Source: an uncultured bacterium | Lineage (GTDB): Bacteria; Zixibacteria; MSB-5A5; GN15; FEB-12 | Reading direction: 5' to 3' | DNA length: 64,000 nucleotides | Assembly (NCBI GenBank): GCA_965372795.1 | Contig: CBDVDR010000003.1 | Coordinates: forward strand, 1-64,000 | Part shown: piece after piece, positions 27,263 through 37,882 of the stretch | Layout: each line of letters opens with the position of its first letter | How positions within the stretch are numbered: position 1 is the stretch's first letter | Made by a program: the position numbers and the translations under genes | Notes under the pieces: model-generated | Told to the model about the DNA's origin: nothing | Databases searched by the model: none | The model's input: the letters and a program-made list of their open reading frames with translations, nothing else

Positions 27263-27287
27263 AAAATTACATATAACAAAAATTCTT

Positions 27288-27809
27288 TTAAATCAATTTA
27301 GCCATTTTCAAAAGTTTAGAACTCATTGATAAGCCGGCATCGCCCAAAGTCATTCTATTGACCTCAAATTTAACTTTGCCACCGTCATTGAAAAAATTAA
27401 CCATTACGCCGTAATTACAAAAATATTCGCAATCGCCGACAGTCAGGATCGAGCTTGAACCAACTCTTTTAAGGACCCCCGACAACTCTTTGGTATCTTT
27501 TGTTGGGATGAAAATTATATGGGCATCAGTAAAATCGCTGTCGACCGGAATTTCTTTCACTTCAACTTTAATCCCGCCAGCCAAAGTTTTGGCATGTTCC
27601 CTAATTACAGCAGCAATTGGTGAACTTCCGACAATTGTAATGACAGTAGTACCTGAAGCATTTACATTTTTACCATCTGGCCATTCGACATATTTAACTA
27701 ATTTAAGTAAAAATTTCGCCTTGTATTCCAAATCCTTATCGGTCTCAGACAAAATACTGGTTGAAATTGTTAATACTAAAATTAATCCGAATAACAAAAC
27801 TTTTTTCAT
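27288..27809 (-). CDS. YfiR/DUF4154 family periplasmic protein
   Basis: EYKAKFL..L.KYVEWP, ILTVGD, GVMVNF...KVKFEVN...AGL.MSSKLLKMA. Confidence 0.85.
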   Translation of the reverse strand: MKKVLLFGLILVLTISTSILSETDKDLEYKAKFLLKLVKYVEWPDGKNVNASGTTVITIVGSSPIAAVIREHAKTLAGGIKVEVKEIPVDSDFTDAHIIFIPTKDTKELSGVLKRVGSSSILTVGDCEYFCNYGVMVNFFNDGGKVKFEVNRMTLGDAGLSMSSKLLKMAKLI

Positions 27810-28093
27810 CGTAACTCAATCCTTAAAATAAAATGATTTCCACTTTAAAATAAATACGGTTTTAAATCTACTCACCGTAATATATTATCGGAGGAGACTT
27901 TAATAATATTTACATAATGTTATAAATATTTTTCTAAGACGAACCAAATAATTCGAATTCTTCTAATAAAATCAACTAAAACCTTAAGCTGTGCAATCTT
28001 TGAACTATGTATTCAGATTGATATTTAATTGCCGATTATATTTTTTAGAGGAGGTTAGGACTTCGGGAATGAATAATTTGGTAGGAGCGATTT

Positions 28094-29749
28094 ATGGTCA
28101 AATTTAAAGATTTTTCAATCAGAGTAAAGTTAACTTCTGTTGTTATTTTCACCAGTATTATAACACTGTCAATTTCTGCCGTTTCATTTTTGGTTAATGA
28201 TTTAAATACTTATAAAAAAGAATTAGCAGAAAATTATGATACCCTCTCAAGAGTTATTGCTGACAATTCAGCACCGGCTGTTGCGTTTGAAGATGATGCT
28301 ACTGCTACGGAGGTGCTTCAGGCTCTAAATCGTGATAAACATATTATGTGGGCAGCAATTTCTTTAAAGGATGGGTCAACATTTGCCAGTTTCCTTCGCG
28401 AAGATCAAATAAATTTCAATTTCCCTTCATCTATTCCTGAAGATGGCTTTTTGTGGACTGACAAAGATATCACTGTTAAAAAACCGATTATTGCTGAAAA
28501 TGAAGAGATTGCAACCCTTTGGATACAATCGGATCTATTGAGAGTTGAAGAACGCTTAAGCTGGTTTTTGAGTATTACCGGGATAATATGCCTGGCTACT
28601 CTAATAATTGGTTTTATCGTTGCTTATTTTTTCCAACGCTATATTTCAAGACCAATTCAGGAACTTGAAGCCGGAGCCAAAAAACTGGCAGTTGGAAATT
28701 TTGATTACGAAATCACTTACCAATCAAAAGATGAAATCGGGAATCTTGCCGATACTTTCAGAGATATTAAACAATATCTTCAATCTCTCGCCGACGCCTC
28801 AAAACGTATAGCTTCAAGGGACTTAACAGTTTCGATCCAGGCTCGATCTGAGAAAGATGTCTTGGGTAATTCTTTCAAAGAAATGATAACAAATCTCTCT
28901 GAAATGGTTGAGCAATTGCATGGAAGTGCAACCTTGGTAGTTACTGCTGCCGGTGAAATTAAAGACTCATCAGATAAAATGTCAGAAGGTGCCAAAGATC
29001 AGGCTCATCAGGTAAATCAGGTTTCAGCTGCGGTAGAAGAGATGACAGCAACAATTATTGAATCATCAAAAAATGCTGCTGATGCAAATGAAGCTTCCCG
29101 AAATGCTTCTGAAAATGCCAGTAGTGGCGGACAAATTGTCGCTGAAACAATTATTGGAATGACAAATATTGCCAAAGTTGTCAAAGAGTCAGCAGAAACA
29201 ACCGGTAAATTAGCAGATTCTGCAGAACAAATCGGTCAGGTTATTGGAGTAATTGATGATATTGCGGACCAGACCAATCTACTCGCTCTAAATGCTGCGA
29301 TTGAGGCGGCTCGAGCCGGTGAACAGGGTAGAGGATTTGCAGTGGTTGCTGATGAAGTCAGGAAACTCGCTGAACGTACCTCGCATGCTACAAGTGAAAT
29401 TTCTGAAATGATCAAAGGAATTCAATCTAAAACCAAAGAAGCTGTTACTTCGATGGAAGCCGGTATTAAAGAAGTTGATCAGGGACGGGAATTGTCAAAT
29501 CAGGCGGGAAATTCACTTGAAGAGATCGTCAAAATGTCGGAACAGGTGATGCACATGATTGAGCAAATTTCAACAGCTTCTGAAGAACAAGCTAATGCTG
29601 CTGAAAATGTTGCAAAAAGAATAGAATCAATAAATTCTGTTACAAACAGCACCGCCCGGCAAACCAAAGAATCGTCTGATGCTGCCGCAGAATTAAATCG
29701 CCAGGCAGAAGAACTTCAAGAGATTGTTGCCAGTTTTAAAAGAAACTAA
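28094..29749 (+). CDS. Methyl-accepting chemotaxis protein with CHASE8-like periplasmic sensor and HAMP domains
   Basis: Two TMs, [18 protein letters not shown] sensor, [48 protein letters not shown]. Confidence 0.92.
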   Translation: MVKFKDFSIRVKLTSVVIFTSIITLSISAVSFLVNDLNTYKKELAENYDTLSRVIADNSAPAVAFEDDATATEVLQALNRDKHIMWAAISLKDGSTFASFLREDQINFNFPSSIPEDGFLWTDKDITVKKPIIAENEEIATLWIQSDLLRVEERLSWFLSITGIICLATLIIGFIVAYFFQRYISRPIQELEAGAKKLAVGNFDYEITYQSKDEIGNLADTFRDIKQYLQSLADASKRIASRDLTVSIQARSEKDVLGNSFKEMITNLSEMVEQLHGSATLVVTAAGEIKDSSDKMSEGAKDQAHQVNQVSAAVEEMTATIIESSKNAADANEASRNASENASSGGQIVAETIIGMTNIAKVVKESAETTGKLADSAEQIGQVIGVIDDIADQTNLLALNAAIEAARAGEQGRGFAVVADEVRKLAERTSHATSEISEMIKGIQSKTKEAVTSMEAGIKEVDQGRELSNQAGNSLEEIVKMSEQVMHMIEQISTASEEQANAAENVAKRIESINSVTNSTARQTKESSDAAAELNRQAEELQEIVASFKRN

Positions 29750-29767
29750 GAATAGTTAAACTATATA

Positions 29768-29797
29768 AACCGGCTGCCTTGGTAGTCGGTTTTTTTT
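29768..29797. terminator. Intrinsic terminator
   Basis: aaaccggctgcc-tt-ggtagtcggttt followed by a T run. Confidence 0.7.
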
Positions 29798-29799
29798 GG

Positions 29800-30516
29800 C
29801 TAAGAAACAGCACTTTCCATTTTTATAACCATCGGTCTTGGTTTTAGACAATATTTATAACCAATCCAAATTAATATAATCCCAAATAATTCCCCTGCAT
29901 AAAGAACCTCGGTATAGCCTATACGACTGTAGAAACCCCCAATCCCGGGAAGGATCGCTCCAACAGCTATAAAAATATTTCCAATCGCCCGATTCAACAT
30001 ATCGGCTTTTTTAAAGAACAGAATTGACGAATAAATCGCCCCGCCAATTAGAAAAATTGCTGCAAATGAATTAATAAAAGGAGAAACCATGCGAATAGAT
30101 TGCCAGGTTAAAACTTTGCTGCTAAGAATAGTTGAATCAACCAAATGATATTCTATTGGAGATAAAATGACAAATATTGAAGTTATCGAAACTATTATAA
30201 TTAATAATTTGGATAAAATATCCCCGGCCTTTTTCCCGGATAGAAGATAAACGGTTCCAATGGCAAGCGGGGCGCCTCCGAGTAAAGCACCTGTTATATA
30301 CCAGGTTTTGAAAATTATGACGTTCCAGCCAAAAAGAGTGTTGATTGATTCAACTAAAGTTCCGGCACCATATACCGCAACCCCGATTCCCCACCAGAAT
30401 AAATGTTTAGAATCATGTTTTCTGTTATACCGGCTCAAAATCGAATAGGAAAAGAAAGCCGAAATTATTGTACTCAATATTGGGAAATAATGGACAATAT
30501 TTATGAATGTTTTCAA
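29800..30516 (-). CDS. Hypothetical integral membrane protein (about 7 TM)
   Basis: Multiple hydrophobic segments; GGAG SD. Confidence 0.7.
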   Translation of the reverse strand: MKTFINIVHYFPILSTIISAFFSYSILSRYNRKHDSKHLFWWGIGVAVYGAGTLVESINTLFGWNVIIFKTWYITGALLGGAPLAIGTVYLLSGKKAGDILSKLLIIIVSITSIFVILSPIEYHLVDSTILSSKVLTWQSIRMVSPFINSFAAIFLIGGAIYSSILFFKKADMLNRAIGNIFIAVGAILPGIGGFYSRIGYTEVLYAGELFGIILIWIGYKYCLKPRPMVIKMESAVS

Positions 30517-30665
30517 GATAGTACTCCTTTGATTTTCTCATACTAAGAAAAACCAAAACAATACTATTATTGTCATATATTTGTCAAAACTTCTTAATAT
30601 TATTATGAAAATCTGCAAACGCAAAAAAGAACACATTAGTGATTATATAATGTCGATGTAAGAAT

Positions 30666-32249
30666 TTATCTCTTAGATAGCGCCATCTTGTTAACTTTAC
30701 CAGATTGATATTTCGGCAGTTCAGAAATAAACTCTACAAATTTCGGTGCTTTGTGACGGGCTAATTTTTGAAGGCAATGGTTCTGAATATCTTTTTCATC
30801 AAGTTTATTATTATCAGTTAAAACCACAAAGGCCTTGATAGCTTCCCCCAGAATTTCATCATCGACACCAATTATCGCCACCTCTTTTACCAGTTCATGC
30901 TCAAGAATACGCTCTTCAATCTCTTTGGCGCTGACCCGATTGCCGCCGACTTTCAGTATCTCTTTTTTTCGCGAGACGATATAGATATACCCATCCTCAT
31001 CCTGCTTAGCCAGATCACCGGAATATAACCAGCCGTCTTTCAGAACTTCCTTCTGTTCATCCGGTTGATTGCAATATCCCATCATCACACTATCACCGCT
31101 GATAATAATCTCGCCAACTTCACCACGAGCAACTTCGTTTCCATTTTCATCAGCAATTTTAATTTTTACACCCGGGATTTCGATACCGATAGATCCAATT
31201 TTTTCACTAAGTTTTTCAGGAGGTAACCATGTCACGCGAGGGGAGGCTTCAGTTTGACCATACATTATAAAAATATCTTTTCCTGTAAGAGCTGATATCA
31301 CTTTATTTATAATATCTGGGGCTAGCCCCCCACCGGCTTGAGTCACATAGGTTAAATCAGGAAGATACTCTGAATTAAAATTTTCGTGTCCGATCAAAAT
31401 CATAAAATTGGATGGCACCCCTGAAAGCCCGGTAACTTTTTCGTTCTTCATTGTTTCAAGAACAGTTTGAGGGAACGCAAACCGGTTATCTATCACCAGT
31501 CGTCCGCCCGCCATTATATGAGTCAGTAGAAGCGAGTTACCGTAAATATAGTAAAAGGGAAGAATGACAATCACAGAATCTTTTGAATTCAGTTTCAAAT
31601 ACTCAATTGTACCGGCTGTGTTTGAAATTAGATTACGATGCGATAGCATGACTCCCTTGGGTATGCCGGTACTTCCGGATGTATAAAAAATCGCCGCCAG
31701 TTCGGTTGATGTTTCTCCAAACGAATCAAAAGTTATAGGCGATAATTTATCTTCGATTTTATAAGGTTTGATTATACTTTTAAAAATTCCATCGTTCTTT
31801 TCAATCTCATCAAACTTTGCTAATTGATTAACTTTGACTGTTTGAATTTCAAAGGAAAGTTCTCGTTCAACAACAACCTGTTCTACTGAAATATCATCAG
31901 AAATAATCTCTTTTAAATATCTCAAAAACTTATTTTGTACAAATAATATTTTTGCCGAACAGTCATTCAAAATAAAATTCAGTTTGTCAGCCTTGATTGA
32001 GGTATCAAGGGGCACCGCAATATGCCCGGCTCTCAACACCGCAAAAAATATTATTACATATTCAATCGAATTTTCATATAGAATTCCCACCCGTGATTGG
32101 TTGGGAAGATCAAATGAATCAATCTGTTGAGCAACTATATCAGAATACAAAATCAGATTTTTGTATGTGATGTTGTTACTGCCATGAGTAACAGCAATGT
32201 TATCTCCCGAAACAGACGCACCTTGTTTTAACAGATCAAAAAGTTCCAT
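30666..32249 (-). CDS. AMP-dependent acyl-CoA synthetase/ligase
   Basis: YTSGSTGIPKG, MYGQTEAS, SGDLA, SGKVNK. Confidence 0.92.
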   Translation of the reverse strand: MELFDLLKQGASVSGDNIAVTHGSNNITYKNLILYSDIVAQQIDSFDLPNQSRVGILYENSIEYVIIFFAVLRAGHIAVPLDTSIKADKLNFILNDCSAKILFVQNKFLRYLKEIISDDISVEQVVVERELSFEIQTVKVNQLAKFDEIEKNDGIFKSIIKPYKIEDKLSPITFDSFGETSTELAAIFYTSGSTGIPKGVMLSHRNLISNTAGTIEYLKLNSKDSVIVILPFYYIYGNSLLLTHIMAGGRLVIDNRFAFPQTVLETMKNEKVTGLSGVPSNFMILIGHENFNSEYLPDLTYVTQAGGGLAPDIINKVISALTGKDIFIMYGQTEASPRVTWLPPEKLSEKIGSIGIEIPGVKIKIADENGNEVARGEVGEIIISGDSVMMGYCNQPDEQKEVLKDGWLYSGDLAKQDEDGYIYIVSRKKEILKVGGNRVSAKEIEERILEHELVKEVAIIGVDDEILGEAIKAFVVLTDNNKLDEKDIQNHCLQKLARHKAPKFVEFISELPKYQSGKVNKMALSKR

Positions 32250-32302
32250 TATTTTAAATACTCAATCAAAAAAGTTGTTTCAATATTATATCGGAGAAAA
32301 AT

Positions 32303-35302
32303 TTATTCATTTGATGTTTTTTTCTTACGATATCTTTTCGGTTTCAAAATCACTCCTTTATTGGAATGGCCGTTCATCCGAATTTCAACCGGGGTTTTGA
32401 ATCGAATATGCTTAACATATTTCATCTTACTGACAGCTTTTCTTTTTTTCAACCAGGCCCAATCAATAAAATCATTCTCAGTATCGTTAACTGTGAAATA
32501 TCCGACTCTGAATGAAGTTATATTCTGGAAAAAATGAGTCCCTTGCGAGGGTGTCACCGAAAAATCTTTGAAACTTGTTTCAACAATAACTCTCGCTTTT
32601 GATATTTCATCCCATGTTACTGGAATTCCCAGCCATGGGTCAGATGAACCCCAGCGCCCTACTCCAATAAGAAGATAGGGAGTCTGATTATTGGTCATTT
32701 GAATATTGTATTGATGAATCTCTTCGGCAACATCCCGACTTTTGGAGCGATCATATTTTGATTTATCAACAAAGACGATGTCATAAATTTCATCTATCCG
32801 GCCATTTCCTAAAACCTGAGGAGATTGGCAAATTAAATCCTCTTTGTCAAAATCATCAACTTCCAATTCTTCCGCCTCATGACTTTTCACCAGTGGTCGT
32901 ATCTGCAGGAACCCGAATTCCTTTGGTACTCCCGGTGGCGTTGACAAATTTACCGCAAATTCTATCTCTACCGGGGTGCTCATACCCCAGCTTCCCATCT
33001 CCATTAACAAATCAAGCATCTCCGGAAGAGGCATCAACTTATGTTTTAAGATCGGGGCAAAGGTAACCAGCCGAATTCCATCGCGGGAAGTACCATCAGA
33101 GATTGTATCATTTTCAGGAGAGTAAGTTGAGCCGACAAAAGACAACACTCCGTCTTCTTCGGAAACATCAAGATCAAATTGAACAAGTTCCATCACTTGA
33201 TTATAGTCCGGCTTATCATCAGGATCTTCAAACTGAACCGCATAAAAATCTTTTTGTGAATATTTTAAAGTATCTTCAACCGTCGAAAATTGATTCAGAT
33301 GTTTCGGATAGCGGGGACAAAATCGAATTGCACCCCGTCCTTCGACTACTGTTCTTCCCAAACCTAAGCCAACCGCCGCGATGCCATCTGATGTTTTCAT
33401 TGGAGGGAGAGGATAAAAATTGTGTGATCGAACTACCCCGGAAAAACTTGGATAGAATCTGTCTTTATGTCGCGCCCCAACCAGCTTCTGAATAATGACC
33501 GCCATTTTTTCTTCTTCAAGACGGTACGGAGTTGATTTAATATAATCTTTTGCATGCCGACAAAATGTTGAAGCAAATACTTTCTTAATAGCGGTTAATA
33601 ATTCATCAAGACGGATATTAGGTTCATGATGATTATTGGGCAGCATATAGGTTTCATAAATTCCGGCAAAGGGAAGGTAGCGGGAATCTTCAAGTAAACT
33701 TGAGGAGCGCACTGCAATCGGATAACGGATCAGGCTCAAAAAAGATCGGAGCTGTTCTTTATATACAATTGGAAAAGGGGCATCCACAAATTTATCAATA
33801 ATTTCCTTATCATTATCTGATTGGATAGCAAAATCACGTAGATGATTCTGTTCCAAAAATTGATCAAAAACATCACTGCCAAGAACAACCGATGGCGGTA
33901 CAAAAATCGAATAACCTTTATATTTTTCTGATACTTTAAAACTATTGATCAACGAATTGGCAAAACCCAAACCACGAGCCTTGCCTCCTAAAGAACCACT
34001 CCCTATTCGTGCGAAGCCCGAGTTAGTGTCAAATGAATCAGGATTAAAATCAGAGATGGAGCCAAGGTACTGTTCACGGCGGAAAGTGTGCAAAGAATTT
34101 ATTAAATCCTTTCTCATTTGATCGGTTGATTCATAGTCGGTAACACGACGCGGCCGAAGTTTGTGTGCCAGCCAGAATTCGGTTCGGGCTTTAAACCAGT
34201 TTGAAAAATGATTGCGTTCTGCATGATAAAGAATTGATTCATCCGGAATAGTATGCAATTTCTTTTCCAGTGATCGAAGATCATGAGCCCGGTCAACCTC
34301 AGAGCCATCGGGGAGCCGGAAAATAAAATCATCAAAACTCAAGCTGGTGCTCATGAATTCTCTTAAATCACGAAGCAGGGTCGGTGATGTTTTCAAACAA
34401 AACGAAGCTCCAATTTCATGGGCAATATCCTTGAACTTTTCAGAGTCAGATTGAAGTAATACCGGTATATCAAAATTGGATTCTTTGACTTTTTTGGCAA
34501 ATTCAATTCCTGCTTCTTCCGGCGGACAGGAATTACTTGGGAATTCAATATCGGAAATTACACCCAAAATATGTTTTTCAAATCGTGTGTAATAATCCAG
34601 CGCTTCTTCATAGGTGCCGCACAAAAGAATTTTGGGGCGAGCCCGCATTCTGAGAATACGATGCGAAGTATTAACACTCTCCGACATCAAACTCTGGGAA
34701 TGTTTTAATAATTCAGAATAGATTATCGGCATAAACGAAGAATAAAAATGAACATTATCTTCAATTAATATCAACGATTGAACCCCTGCTTTTTCAGTAT
34801 CGTAATCGACATTCATTTTATCTTCAATATACTTGATTATTGAAATAAGAATCCGATGATCACCCTGCCAGATAAATGTTTTTACAAAAACAGTGATATC
34901 ATAGTGAGTCGCCAGATCGGTTAGTTCCCGATTATCATAGGTTAACAAAACCACCGGAATTTCCATGCCAAGCTTAACAACCTTCTGGGCAAAATCTACA
35001 ACCGACATATCCATAATATTAGGGGTGGTAATAATCAGATCGAATCGTTTTTGTTCCTTGGCCATTTTAAGAGCTTCTTTGGCGCTGGACACCTGAGTTA
35101 TCGATGGAGCTTGTGACAAGTTCATAGTTTGATATTGAGAAAGAATCATTTCATAAAGCTGACCCTCTTCCTCAAGGATAAAAGAATCATACAGACTGGA
35201 GACAAGCAAAATTTCACGAACCCGATAGCGCATCAGATTTTGGAAAATTTTAAATCTATTCAGATAACTGTATTCTTTAATTAGTTTTTTGAAGTCAGAC
35301 AT
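32303..35302 (-). CDS. Receiver-like domains fused to a PEP/pyruvate-binding (PPDK_N) domain
   Basis: LVSSLYDSF, LIEDN, VISDIEFP; GGKARGL, AVRSSSLLED...FAGIY, EIEFAV, LQIRP; no phospho-His swivel domain recognised. Confidence 0.8.
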   Translation of the reverse strand: MSDFKKLIKEYSYLNRFKIFQNLMRYRVREILLVSSLYDSFILEEEGQLYEMILSQYQTMNLSQAPSITQVSSAKEALKMAKEQKRFDLIITTPNIMDMSVVDFAQKVVKLGMEIPVVLLTYDNRELTDLATHYDITVFVKTFIWQGDHRILISIIKYIEDKMNVDYDTEKAGVQSLILIEDNVHFYSSFMPIIYSELLKHSQSLMSESVNTSHRILRMRARPKILLCGTYEEALDYYTRFEKHILGVISDIEFPSNSCPPEEAGIEFAKKVKESNFDIPVLLQSDSEKFKDIAHEIGASFCLKTSPTLLRDLREFMSTSLSFDDFIFRLPDGSEVDRAHDLRSLEKKLHTIPDESILYHAERNHFSNWFKARTEFWLAHKLRPRRVTDYESTDQMRKDLINSLHTFRREQYLGSISDFNPDSFDTNSGFARIGSGSLGGKARGLGFANSLINSFKVSEKYKGYSIFVPPSVVLGSDVFDQFLEQNHLRDFAIQSDNDKEIIDKFVDAPFPIVYKEQLRSFLSLIRYPIAVRSSSLLEDSRYLPFAGIYETYMLPNNHHEPNIRLDELLTAIKKVFASTFCRHAKDYIKSTPYRLEEEKMAVIIQKLVGARHKDRFYPSFSGVVRSHNFYPLPPMKTSDGIAAVGLGLGRTVVEGRGAIRFCPRYPKHLNQFSTVEDTLKYSQKDFYAVQFEDPDDKPDYNQVMELVQFDLDVSEEDGVLSFVGSTYSPENDTISDGTSRDGIRLVTFAPILKHKLMPLPEMLDLLMEMGSWGMSTPVEIEFAVNLSTPPGVPKEFGFLQIRPLVKSHEAEELEVDDFDKEDLICQSPQVLGNGRIDEIYDIVFVDKSKYDRSKSRDVAEEIHQYNIQMTNNQTPYLLIGVGRWGSSDPWLGIPVTWDEISKARVIVETSFKDFSVTPSQGTHFFQNITSFRVGYFTVNDTENDFIDWAWLKKRKAVSKMKYVKHIRFKTPVEIRMNGHSNKGVILKPKRYRKKKTSNE

Positions 35303-35352
35303 TTTTCTCCCGATTTTAGAGAATTAGATAAATATTGTACAGGAGTATAATA

Positions 35353-35384
35353 AAAAACGGAGCGGATAAAATCCACTCCGTTTT
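35353..35384 (-). terminator. Intrinsic terminator after gdhA
   Basis: aaaaacggagcgga...tccactccgttttt. Confidence 0.75.
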
Positions 35385-35411
35385 TATATAAAAAGTGGTT
35401 TCAGAACTTTA

Positions 35412-36773
35412 TTAGACTAAGCCCTGATCCATCATAGCATCGGCGACTTTAAGGAAACCAGCGATATTAGCGCCATTTACGTAGTTACCGGGAGTACCAA
35501 ACCGTTCAGAAGCATCAACACAGGATTTGTGGATAGCTTTCATGATCTGCTGTAATTTGGCATCGACTTCTTCACGAGTCCAGCTGTAACGCATGCTGTT
35601 TTGTGACATTTCGAGACCGGATACTGCAACACCACCGGCATTTGCAGCTTTACCAGGACCATAGAGAATACCTTTATCGATGAATAGTTTTACACCATCT
35701 GGAACTGTAGGCATATTTGCGCCTTCAGAAACAACATAAATACCATTATCAAGCAGGTTCTGAGCGTCTTTTACATTAATTTCATTCTGGGTTGCACTTG
35801 GGAAAGCACAATCAGCCTTGTGGTTCCACAGTGGGTTGTAACCCAGATTAGGGTCAACCGGAGTATAAACAGCGGTTGAATACTTATCAGCATATTCTTT
35901 AATTCTGCCACGCTTTACATTTTTTAAATCCATGATAAAAGCGAGTTTTTCGCGATCAATACCGGCTTTATCATAAATGTAACCACCAGAATCAGAAGCT
36001 GTTACAACTTTACCGCCAAGATCAAGAATCTTTTCTGCGGCGTATTGATATACATTACCGGAACCGGAAACTAAGCAAGTTTTGCCTTTGATTGATTCTT
36101 TGCGAGTGGCAAGCATTTCAGCTGCAAAGTAAACTGCACCATAACCGGTTGCTTCCGGACGAATCAATGAACCACCCCAGTTGAGGCCTTTACCGGTTAA
36201 AACGCCGGTGAATTCGTTACGGAGTTTTTTATACATACCGAAAAGATAACCAATTTCACGACCGCCAACACCTATATCACCAGCTGGGATATCTGTGTTA
36301 GGTCCAATGTGACGACTTAATTCAGCCATGAAGCTCTGACAGAAACGCATGACTTCATTGTCACTTTTTCCTTTAGGATCAAAATCTGATCCACCTTTAC
36401 CACCGCCCATTGGCAGAGTGGTCAACGCATTTTTGAATACCTGTTCAAAGGCAAGGAATTTCAAAATGCCAAGATTTACTGAAGGATGAAAACGTAAGCC
36501 GCCTTTGTATGGTCCAATAGCGGAATTCATTTCAATACGGAAACCACGATTGACCTGGACTTCGCCCTGATCATTCATCCAAGGTACGCGAAACATTAGT
36601 ACGCGTTCCGGTTCTACGATTCTTTCTAAAATTTTTGCGCTGCGGTATTCAGGATGTTTTTCCAATACCAATTCAAGTGATTCGGCAACTTCTTCGACAG
36701 CCTGGATAAATTCAGGTTGAGCCTGGTTTTTTGCTTTAACCTGAGCCATAAATTGATCAAAAAATTCTGACAT
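35412..36773 (-). CDS. gdhA: NADP-specific glutamate dehydrogenase
   Basis: GPYKGGLRFHPSV, MGGGKGGSDFDPK, RPEATGYG, GKAANAGGV. Confidence 0.97.
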   Translation of the reverse strand: MSEFFDQFMAQVKAKNQAQPEFIQAVEEVAESLELVLEKHPEYRSAKILERIVEPERVLMFRVPWMNDQGEVQVNRGFRIEMNSAIGPYKGGLRFHPSVNLGILKFLAFEQVFKNALTTLPMGGGKGGSDFDPKGKSDNEVMRFCQSFMAELSRHIGPNTDIPAGDIGVGGREIGYLFGMYKKLRNEFTGVLTGKGLNWGGSLIRPEATGYGAVYFAAEMLATRKESIKGKTCLVSGSGNVYQYAAEKILDLGGKVVTASDSGGYIYDKAGIDREKLAFIMDLKNVKRGRIKEYADKYSTAVYTPVDPNLGYNPLWNHKADCAFPSATQNEINVKDAQNLLDNGIYVVSEGANMPTVPDGVKLFIDKGILYGPGKAANAGGVAVSGLEMSQNSMRYSWTREEVDAKLQQIMKAIHKSCVDASERFGTPGNYVNGANIAGFLKVADAMMDQGLV

Positions 36774-36955
36774 TTACAATCTCCTTTTAAAGATTCAAAA
36801 TAAATCTATTTCTCTAACTTAAAACCTGTCTAATAGTGTGTGGAATATGTCAAAAAGAAAATAAATAGCAATCGGTATAACTATGTATTTTTAAAAGGAA
36901 AAGACCTTAGCTGTTTTTAAGTATTTGGCTGTTATGTAATAAGTTAGACGGATTG

Positions 36956-37609
36956 TCAGGCTTCGATAATATGATTCCGTATACAGTATTTTACTATATC
37001 GGTAACATTCTTAGCTTTTAACTTTTTCATGATTGCCGCTCGGTGCGTTTCAGCGGTTTTGGGGCTGATATTTAAAAATTCCGCTGCTTCTTTTGTTGAG
37101 TAGCCATCGGCTAAAAGGCGTGCTAATTCTTTTTCCCGAGGGGTCATTAAGCCGCCTGAATTTCGGGTTTTCAGATGAGTGTTTACATAGGATGCGACCA
37201 TATCGGGACCGATTTCACCGGATATATAATAATCACCGAACGATGCTTTTCGCACAGCATAAATCAATTCATCATAATCACAGGTTTTCAATAGATACCC
37301 GCGACCGCCCGCTTCGAACCCATTCCGTACATTTTCTTCCTGATACGAAGCTGCAAGAAAAAGGACTTCTGTATTTAAATTAGCTTCTTTTATGCGCTTA
37401 CTGACTGTAATGCCATCCAAAACAGGTAAAATTATGTTTGTTACAAGTACATCTGGTTTTTGAGAAAAAATGAGATCCAAAGCATCATGCCCGTTACTTG
37501 CCTCGCCGACTATTTCAACTTCGCTATCAGCTTCAAATAATGCTATAACCCCTTTTCTAAAAAGAGTTTGACTATCGGCGACAATAACTTTAATAATTTT
37601 TTTATGCAT
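36956..37609 (-). CDS. NarL/LuxR-family response regulator with atypical receiver
   Basis: REC fold plus TPREKE...GYSTKEAA..LNISPKTAETHR HTH. Confidence 0.9.
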   Translation of the reverse strand: MHKKIIKVIVADSQTLFRKGVIALFEADSEVEIVGEASNGHDALDLIFSQKPDVLVTNIILPVLDGITVSKRIKEANLNTEVLFLAASYQEENVRNGFEAGGRGYLLKTCDYDELIYAVRKASFGDYYISGEIGPDMVASYVNTHLKTRNSGGLMTPREKELARLLADGYSTKEAAEFLNISPKTAETHRAAIMKKLKAKNVTDIVKYCIRNHIIEA

Positions 37610-37882
37610 AATTCTTTAGAAAATATAAACAAAAATTTTGAAATAATGTCAACCGAAGTTGTGTATTTAAGTTGTATTGTGCTCATTAAAATAAGAATTA
37701 TTTTTATTTGAAATCCACAAATTGAACATAATAGCTTGATTTTTTCAGATTAATCCTCTACTATTTCATCTAATAATTACAATAGACTATGATCAAGGGA
37801 CCACAATTCTATTATTACTGTTCAATATCCTTCTGGATAATCTCGTTTATATCTCTGAGAATTAAATAAAAGTTAATGATAA

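Noticed and set aside
32303..35302. Calling this gene ppsA
   Set aside because: No phospho-His swivel or C-terminal PEP-utiliser domain recognised; the N-terminus is receiver-like
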